A stretch of 64,000 bases of DNA from Trichinella spiralis (lineage: Eukaryota): NCBI RefSeq assembly GCF_000181795.1, contig NW_003526943.1, positions 10,598,789 to 10,662,788 on the forward strand, read 5' to 3'. Positions 54,487 to 64,000 of this stretch are shown here, piece after piece. The stretch's first letter is position 1. Every line of letters begins with the position of its first letter. A program made the position numbers and the translations under genes. The notes below the pieces were generated by a model. It searched no databases. It had not been told where the DNA came from and saw only the letters and a program-made list of their open reading frames with translations.

Positions 54487-57141
54487 AAATTTAACTAGCA
54501 ACTTAACGCCAAAATTGAAGTAAGAGAGAAAAAATAACAACAAAAGGACAAGCAAAATACATTTTAAAGCTTACTCCAAAAAGGTTTGAAGAAAATAAAG
54601 GAAAAAATTATAAACTGAACGATCCTTTTTTTCTATTTGCTTCTCAATTTCAGTCTCTTGTCTGTGTATTTCTTCATCTCATTTCAAAACCTCTCACTCA
54701 CTCAATCTCTAATAGTAGAGGAGACTGATTAAACTTCCTGAGCTGAAAACGGAAGTTGAACATAATTAAAAAATCGATTACTTCACCAACAAGCAAGGTC
54801 ATGATGTTTCATAAGAAACAAATTGAAACAGTTTAAACGTGTAAAGCTACAGCTTTGCTTTGCTTTCCCATTCAGCTGTTGTTGTTGTACAATTTTTGAA
54901 ACGATTGCTTTTATTTAAAGCAAAACCAAAATTTAGAAATAATTTGAACAACAGAACGGTGAAAATGATCGCCAGAATCAAATTTCGCCAGTGTTTTCCA
55001 CTAATCCCAGGAGAAGGAGCAGACTTCAGTCTGACGAAGGATTAAGTAAAAATTTTTGCAAATGCCAAACGTGACGTTGAGAAAGAATTGGAAAAGCAAA
55101 AGCTTACACATGACAGTTGTTGACAAGCTCTAAAATCATCCGTCAGTATTCATAAGCAAAAGCTTGACAAACTTCCTTCATTTGTGAAATTTTCAAAAAA
55201 AAAATAGTAATTCAGACATAGAAAAGCTAACCAGTGTTCAATTCAGAGACGTTCTGCTAGACATAATTCAACAGCTGCCTTTCAGAAGCCAGTTTTTCAT
55301 ATATAATTGAAATTTCTTGTTAAAAAGTTCACATTATACAACACAATGTTTTTTCTGTTTTCTATTGTATATGGCATAGAAAGCAGGTTGCTACTAAAGT
55401 GTGGATAAAAATTGTGGACAATGAACAACAATGGAAAACAAGTTTCATCGTATATGTCAATAAGCAGCTAGCTCAGTTCTCTTCATTGGACAAGCCCAAA
55501 AGACAAATAAGCCCCGGGTGCTGATGCAGCGACAAAAGAATACCAACAATAAAATTACGTTCAAACAAACATCAAATGACAGCAGAATTTTATAAAAAAC
55601 AAAAATCAAAACAATCACAATTAAAACTAACGAATTCATTCATCGATTCCTAAGAAATCGATGACAAGTACAAAAAAAAGATTTCAAATATTAACATCGG
55701 AAAGTAGAAATTATAAATAATTGAAAATGGTAGAATTGAGGTTGAAAAAAAAACAAAGATTTATTATTAATTTTCTTATCGTTGCAAACGTTGTTGTAAA
55801 ATTACAAAAAGAACAGGTAGACTATTACAAGTGAAGCATGTAAATGATTCAATTGAATAACTTCTTCAACATCAAGGACATGTTCGAATTGAAGCACTCA
55901 AGCGTAAATACTGAACATTTTCAATGGCAAATCAGGAACTAGCTGTTACAGTCAATGATGAATATTTCAAAAAGTCTATATTTTCTCAATAATGCAATAG
56001 TTAATGTAAAAATAAAAGTGCTAACTATCTAGATTTTTATCCATCTATTTAGGAACAATCACCACGAATTAATCGAAATAAAATGAAGTTGATAGATAAA
56101 TTTAAAAATATACAGTAAAATACATTCAAGTACATGGAACACATCATAGTTAATTTGAAGTTTTTCATCCATATTTCATTAAAAATATGTTTATTAAAAT
56201 AAAATTTTGCTTTTTTTAAATTAAAAATAATTTTTCGAAACAAATTTCAAACAATTCTATAATTGTTTCATTTAAATTTACGCTATTAGACTGACTGAAT
56301 AAAACAATTTAGATTTCTTGCATATAGAAAAAATTAATTTTTTTTTAATTTAAAATAAAAAATTACATTTTTTTGGAGAACAGATAAAATAAGGAAACAG
56401 AATGCCTTACTGAGCTACCTGCCATACGTATGCTTGTCACTGTCATTGTGAAGGTGAGAAACGGTTTGGGCAGCAGGTTGTCAGTGTTGTTCAACAAGCG
56501 CCGTCGTGTCTATTGTGCTTTGTTTGCTGTTTTTGACGTCAGTTGTAAAGCTAACGCGCAATTCATACAGCGACAAAGTTGTGTCGTCACAGTGTTGACA
56601 CTGAGACGTTGGTTTGTCCAATGGGAAGAGTACAAAGCGAATGGAACTATTTTTGTCCAGAAAACGAACTTGGTGGGCGAAAATAAACGAAAATAAAATT
56701 CAAAACAAAGCAAAAAGCTATAAAATGCCGTCAAGTGTCATTAGTATTGCAAACAACCAAGCTCTGCTGCTTTTGTCATCGTTGGTCGACTGTTGTTGTT
56801 AGTTATTATTATCATTATCATGGCCATCGTTTTAATCGTTTAAAAAAGACGTATACTGGTTGAATGACAAGAATATCAACCAATTCATTCAACTGAAGCA
56901 TTAAAAATGATTTTTTGATGGACATGTTTATTAAAAAAGAAAACTCACTCATCTTCTTCTCGACCAAAAGGGAGACAATTATAAATTGAAGACACGCTTG
57001 AACGAGTCGGTTGAAAAACGGCACGCATGCCGGATTTATAAAATGAGTCTGTCACCTGTTAGAAGCAAATAATTCCTTTGACGTAGATGAAAAATAAAGA
57101 AGGGTTTTAAGTGACAAACGGAGCATCGTATATTTGGCAGA

Positions 57142-58016
57142 TCAATCGAGCGTTACATTCCCGGCGGAGAATGCTGGAAACGCTCGACATCTGCAAGTAA
57201 AGCGAATACATGACATACAATCATATCTTCTTTGCCTGAAGATGTAAATATATGCAATGTCGTTTATATTATTGATCTTCGTATGCGCACACACACACAT
57301 GTATATGTATATACTGAAAATGGGAAATAACTGTGAATGTGCTTGCAAGTATACAACTTTAACAATGAGCAAATTCAATCTCAGCTCAACAATAATACTG
57401 TCGAATAATTGAACAATACAAATATCACACTGAATTCAGTAGACATTTAGATAAGTATAAAATTGCTAATAAACATATTAACGTTGTTGAAAACAAAAGG
57501 CAGTGAAAAATATAAAAACTATTCCTACATCTTTGAAAATAATTTTTCAATTCTGACATCAATCTTTGCTGTAGAATTTTTCAAAGTTTATTGTGAAAAA
57601 AAATTGTTTTTTAGAATGAAAAATTTTGTACTTTCAAAATCAATCAGTATTGATTGATAAACCTGCGGCTTTTGGCAAATATTCATTTAAAAACTCATCC
57701 AAACGATGTGCTAATGTTTCCAACTGAGAAAATGTACGTCTAGTAATCGGATGCGTTGTGAAGTTCTGTTTAGCGTTTTCAAGTGCTTTTACTGAGAAAC
57801 GGAAATTGCCATCAATACGTATATATAAATATACATAATGCACTTAGCAATTTGTACAATTTAAATAGAAGACTGAAAGATAAATTTTCACAAAATGATC
57901 AAAACAATTTTTACCTTACCATTGAGCAATATTTGCAATGCATGAGAAGAGAATTGATCATCAAAACTTTGCACAGTCTCTGCTGATGATTCATCCAATA
58001 TATAATCGGTAAATTG
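57142..58016 (-). CDS. Candidate orphan multi-exon gene, 5' end not resolved (exons 58016-57920, 57791-57663, 57568-57529, 57235-57142)
   Basis: Four exons with pyrimidine-rich CAG acceptors and GT donors join in consistent phase (1,1,2) without stops: QFTDYILDESSAETVQSFDDQFSSHALQILLNVKALENAKQNFTTHPITRRTFSQLETLAHRLDEFLNEYLPKAAAKIDVRIEKLFSKMQRRYDCMSCIRFTCRCRAFPAFSAGNVTLD. No family recognised. Confidence 0.45.
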
Positions 58017-61000
58017 CTGTTTGAGAGAAAAGTTGTAAAAGGAAAATACTGAGCAAAGCCACCGATCAGAAAATGTTGAAAGAGCAAATGAACCGATGGG
58101 AGTGAAATGCAACAATATTGAATGCCAACAAGCATCGACTATTGGCTATTGTCTAGTGTGAAGAGCAGATTCTTTGATTAAGGGGTCAAAGGGTCAGAGG
58201 AGAACAATAGTTAAAAATTTTGATGAATGAAAATCCGGCCGTTCAACTAAAGCTCTGCCCATCCCCCTGAGCGCTTTACTGTACAAACAAATGAACGTCA
58301 TTATAATTATCCAGAACACCTGCCACATACGGGTCATTTTATTTATATTCAATTGTAGCCTCTAGCCAAGGTCTCCGATATTGAAGATATTTTTCATAAT
58401 AGTACCCTTAATTTACGATGCTTCTTGCACACACGTCAAAGCACATGTAGTACGGCATGAACGAGAAGTTTTCATTTTCTGCCTTAATGTGTATGCATGA
58501 TAGTAAAAACGAGTTGATGAATTTTCAAAGAGAACAGAAAACAAGTCTTTTTGTGTTTTTGATGAAGCAGTGCGGATTTGAAAAGCTTTTCAACAAGAAG
58601 ACAGAGGGTCGACAATTGCAATGCATATACAGCAAACAAACTGGACTCGACCAGTCTCTGAGGGGGAGGAGAAATTTATTACATGTAAATTATTCACTAC
58701 AGCAGCTGTTACCAAAGCAGCGATCAATTTTATCATTAGCTTGATTTTTTCCATCTTCTGATTACATTCAATGGGAATAAAATTTATTTCTGCAATTAAG
58801 TGTTTTATTTTCTGCTTATTTCAATAAATTCTAGAAAACAAATCAACAAAATATACAAAGTTAACGTTGAACATTTTTCCCATTTCTTCATGAGCATTAA
58901 TTAGTTGAATTTTCTCTCATCTCAGTTTGGAATGTTCGAATATTGAAAAATGCTCTCTGATTCAGCAGTTTGCCTTATCAAATTTAACATATCCATCCAC
59001 GTGAAAAAAGAATGAAATGGTGTTTTCTTTTTCATTTTTGAGAAAAACCCCTCGGCATGAGAAACTTTACAAATGCTATTTAACAGAACCGAATTAAATT
59101 TGTCACGTCAACGACGACATTTCTTTAATATTTTCTTTATTTTAATTAACAATTGTCCCAAAGGTTTTATTTTTCAAGTGTAAATGGGAAATTTTGACCT
59201 TTTGTTTAAATGTAACTTTTAAAATATCTTACTCAGAGAGATGAATGTCAAAAATGAAATTTCACAACATACCACATTATCATAGAACAGCATACAAGAA
59301 GATCGTGGTGGATATTGATTGTGGAGATGTTGTTGAATTTTTTTCATATTCAGATTGAAAAGTGAAAAGAAAATAATTGTGAAGAGATTGAAAAATAGTT
59401 TTGGTATTGCTGCTTTAATAGCACCAACCCATTTTGCCGTCGAAGCGCGAAAGTTTCACAAAAAGGGGGAAAAGTGCAGTGGGCCGGTTGCTAGTCAATT
59501 GGCGTTTGCCAGTTTGTGAAACCTGGGGCTGAATTGAGCTGACAATTTTTGGGATCCAGTTTTCCACCACCACCGGACCATGATGCACGCTTCAAGCAAA
59601 ATGAACAAACAGAACAAGCAAAATTTGAAAATTAGGCACCCACTTGGGTACATTATGCGCCGTGACAGTGTCGACTGGTCAGACGTGTTATTTATTGTCC
59701 TTAAACAACGCTTATGTCATATTTGTTGAAAGCTTTCGAAAGTGAATATGATCTGCTCTTTTATGGACAAGCAATTAGAACACACCAGAAACTGGGTTCC
59801 TTGAAAATAAAATTATATTTAAAAAAAAAGAAGCTCCACGAGCATACCAGTTGGAAATAATTATTTTCTACTGCACTGTCACGTCACGCTACACAAAAAT
59901 CACCATTACCCCTACCCCTCACCGAAAATACCCCTCTTACATGCACAAATTTTGAACAGCTCGATAATAATGAAAATGAAAATTCGTTTCATATTAAATT
60001 TAAATAAATCAATTATCTCGAATATTCTTCTGTTATGTTAACACCATTTTTCATATATTCGAATAATAATGAAAAATTGAATTGCTAGTATCAGATGAAT
60101 GAAATTGATAAAAGTTTATCATTTTTTTTCAAATATATATTCCAAAACGACGGAAAACGGCTTTATTGAAAATGCAGGTAATTGCAGCCGAATTTTCGGT
60201 CATACTATTGTTGTTTTATCATAATAGAAAAGTGTTGTTGCATTGTCAATAAAAATAAAGAATGAAAATTGATTATGCCGAATAGTTGGTAAGTTTGGCT
60301 CAGTTTTCAAAAATTTATCGATTTCAACTGCTCGAAAATATTTTGTCAAACTGCGTGTCAACAATTTAAAAATTTGCAATAATCTGAAAATATATTCTAC
60401 TTTAAATTTTATTCGTCATGCAAATATGAATAGAAAATATTATTTTGTCAACAATTTAAAGCTCACCAACTTGTAAATATTTGTTTCAAAATGATTATTT
60501 AAAAAAGTATATGACAAGCAAAAGTTGAGTATTCATTTACAAAAATTACAAAGCATTGATATACGTAATCAGTCAATGACACAAGCAGTTGAAAGTAATA
60601 ATAAGTAAAGTACATCCAGTATAACAATGTCTACGTGGTACTCTATCTACTAGCAGTTTATTAGCATCATTTTGATTGTTAATCTGGTGTATTTTATTTG
60701 TAAAAGTTTGAGTTGAGGAAAAAGAAGAAATAATTTTTAAAAAGTTTATCTAATCGAGCAAGAAGCATTGTTGCTGATGAAGCAGACGAAAGATCATTTG
60801 AAAAGATTCAGCCAAAGCTGAGCTAAGTAAGCTAGTTGCTGAGTGAAATAAGCGAACATCTTGGTAACTAGACTTCGCATCATTGTTGACTTCTTCAGTT
60901 GTTCGGCTTGGTCGATAGTTTGTTAGTTGGCCGTGACGAAAGTAAATTTTTAAATTGGTAACAAAAGCTTCACTGATCATAGGAAACAATTTAAATAAAC

Positions 61001-64000
61001 AAAATTGACGTTGGATAATTTCGAAATTTGTGAATTTTTTAAAAAATTTTCAACCATTTTCCAATTACAAACAAGCAGCTTTAAATGTTTTAAAAAATTT
61101 ACACTTGAAATTTCAAATTGAGAAATTGTTTCTTCGATGGAATGATCAAATGTTAAAAATTAATAATTATTGATTTTATAAATGAGAAGAAGAAATAAAA
61201 GAAAAAGCGAAAAATCGACCCCGAAATGGCAATTTATGTGCACAGTTATTAAAATGGTAATTCTTTGCAATGACACGTTTTCAATGTCAGCCATAAATAA
61301 ACAGTTAAAATTGTCTCAAGTGGGCGTTTCACAAATGTGTAAATTTGTTGTTGTTTTGTGTAAAGCAATTTTTAAATTTTTTGGTTAAAATTTAAAATTT
61401 TGTTGAAAAATATATTTTGATTTCATAAGCAAAAGAGAACAATAATAATTTTTAACAATCGAAGACAAATTCTTTGGAAATTGGATGTTAGCCGAACGCA
61501 TTAAAATTCAAGCATTCTGTTAAGCGGCGAAAACAAGCAATGAAAGAAGAAAGTAAAGAATGCCAGAATGCAAAAGTTAAATTTGTCCCAGGCTTGGGTA
61601 AATATTTTTAGTTTCAATATCTGATCTTCTGAATCAATTAAGGGCCACTTTCTTCTTACAAAATTTGTTCACATTCTCAGCCGCCTTGGGTGAGTAAAGC
61701 CATTTGGTTGAAATTTATTTTCAAGCGTTGATATTTCAGCTTTTGATGGATGATTTTTTTGCAAGCTTTTAGCAGCAAACGTCGTCGAAGCTTCGATTTT
61801 TCCCCTGAACGCTTTGATAAATGGAATGAAAATTTCTACATCTCAAAATTGATATTGACAGAAAGACGGGTAGTTTCTATGAATGCATCTGCCTTTTTTT
61901 ACGCGTTGCTTTCAGCTTTGTTGGTTGAATAAATAAACAAAAACAAATAAATAAACAAACTGCTGTGGAATATTTTTTAAAATATTTCTTTTTTGATGCA
62001 AAGGTTGTTGCAATTGATAAATTGCGTGCAGTGAAATTGGTATAATCTCTGTGCTTTGCTATATGGGCAAAAGATTTGCGTTGAATGATAAAATTGCTAA
62101 GAAGCTAGCCAAGCTTGTGTTCATCATATGCAATGATGAATGTTATTTTCCGTTTTTTCGATTTTTTCTTCATGATCATTTATTATGATCATAAAATTCC
62201 AACAGCTAATGGAAGCAGTTTTTTGCATAACTTTTAGATTTTAGCACACACACACATAGATGATGATGATGCTGATGATGACGTGACTGAAAATATATTG
62301 AATACCGGAATGCAATACGAAGAAAATTATTGATGCCGACCAACAATCGCGCTATTTCTTGTCGGTCGACTGGAGAAACTCTTTGACGGGGCCAAAAAAA
62401 GTGACAACAATGCTTCAGCTAACTGGCGATCTTGATCTTCCTCCGAAAGCTTGCAACAAGCAACCCAAAGCAAACATTAGCATCATTATCATCATCATCA
62501 TCACTTTTCCAGCAGTAAAATCTGTTGAAAACCCTTCAACACTAAGATAATATTTGCTTGTAAAAAGAACATTTCTTCACACTTGTACAGAGGAATTTCA
62601 TGTATATATTTTAGTTAAAAGTTATTTATAGTTTGTGATTTATTAATCATCATAATCAAACTGGAATTCATTGCAAATGAAGATATGCATGTAAATCATC
62701 ATAATTTTCACAAAGCTCTGTTTCAACCCATTTTGAAATTTGAACTACACAACAATACCATGCATTTATTTATTAGAAAAAATTTAAAAAAAAGGAATTA
62801 TGCTTTTTTCCATTGAAATATTATTATATAAAAATTATTATTTTCATTATTTTTTCTGTTTTAATAAGAGAATTCATTGATATTGCAACAGATGATTTAA
62901 CCTTTATTCTATTAAGACCAATTTCAATAAGAATAAACCATTCAAGAAATTAAGTTTGAAATTTATTTTAAATTTCAATTTTTAATTATGAATTGAAAAA
63001 GACAGTTATTTTTATTTTTTATTTTAAAAACTCTTAAAAATTTGAAATGCAATTCTTATGATCAATTTCTTTTAATAAAATAGTATAATTAAAATGAGTA
63101 TAAAGCAATAACTGGCGTTTTTGTCGAATAAATAAACAACAACAACAACAATTATTTGCTTACGATTGTTTGTTTTGGGGAAAAATTAACTTTAATCACC
63201 TTAAGAATTGGAATTTCAATCGACAATTACATTAAATAATAAAAAGGCTTAAAATTGGAAAACATTTGTTCAAAGCCATGTAGAAGAAATCCATTTGAAA
63301 AAGAATAAAAAGATTCTTTTCAAAAAAGAAAAGAATGAAAATTTATAATGCGAATAAGCTGAAAAGCAGTTGATCCGCTGCATTCTTGAAAAAGAAAAAC
63401 ATTCACTTCAAATCAAATCGAGAAGATATTTTTTAAGCAACCAATAAATCCCCTAAACCAGATAATATTCAAATAAATAATATTCTAATCCAGGCTCTTA
63501 TTATTATTTTTACAAGTGACCAAAAATCATTATGTATATAATGGTTTATTCGACATTGAGCTTAAGAGATTTCATCCAAAGGATTATCATGCTGTCAAAA
63601 GTGTAACAAATTAATATGTTTCTTTTTTCATGCATAGTTTATAACATTATTGTTGTTGTTTCAAATGAAAAAAATTAAGTTATTCTGATGGCTTTTCTTT
63701 TTAATAATAAAAATAATTAAACTTTATCAATTGCATTAGTCATTCCATGAATAGATTTGACAAGATAAAAGTAGTATATATGAAATTAATCAAATATTTT
63801 TAATAATGAAAAAGATACGATTCAAATAAATTTTAAAATTTTATAAATTTCTAAAAAAATATTTTTTGTGAAAAAACGTTGGCTTTTGATTTGTTCAGAA
63901 AATGTTTACAATTTATTAGGAATAATTTTTTAAATAAATCTACATTTGTTGAGAATATTTATTATTGAAACTGAATTGAGAAATGGCTCTAAATTATGCA

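Noticed and set aside
56409..56485. Possible second miRNA-like hairpin
   Set aside because: The basal stem pairs but there is a large internal loop, and neither arm matches a miRNA I recognise.
57191..57218. Possible extra intron in the last exon of the orphan gene (would give ..YVERFQHSPPGM*)
   Set aside because: Only 28 nt, shorter than the other introns measured here (47 nt or more).
60750..61932. Short ORFs and a possible plus-strand exon chain (61182-61753)
   Set aside because: Low-complexity basic product, weak acceptors and no homology; cannot be distinguished from chance in AT-rich DNA.

Overview
Eukaryotic, AT-rich genomic DNA with many short GT-AG introns, almost certainly from a Trichinella nematode: the spliced product at 12031-12480 matches, from memory, the published T. 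spiralis MIF. Genes were rebuilt by hand from splice sites and reading phase, so some internal exon boundaries are approximate. In order: cystathionine gamma-lyase (-), Integrator subunit INTS11 (+), two tandem MIF-family genes (+; the first has a hAT-type MITE in intron 1), a candidate 53-aa single-TM microprotein (+), intronless SRP receptor alpha (-), MRPL14 (+), a CD36/SR-B scavenger receptor (+), a secreted degenerate cystatin-like protein (-), a divergent PIAS-type SUMO E3 ligase (+), MED13 (-), enoyl-CoA hydratase (+), a LOTUS+Tudor protein (-), a mir-87 hairpin in an apparent spliced non-coding host transcript (-), and a candidate orphan multi-exon gene near 57-58 kb (-). I saw no prokaryotic features, CRISPR arrays, rRNA or tRNA, and no clear-cut new multi-gene system. 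Best leads: the mir-87 host unit with self seed-match sites and CTCF-like promoter motifs, the microprotein, the LOTUS-Tudor gene in a lineage reported to lack piRNAs, the operon-like INTS11-MIF-MIF spacing, and a GT-AT intron in INTS11.
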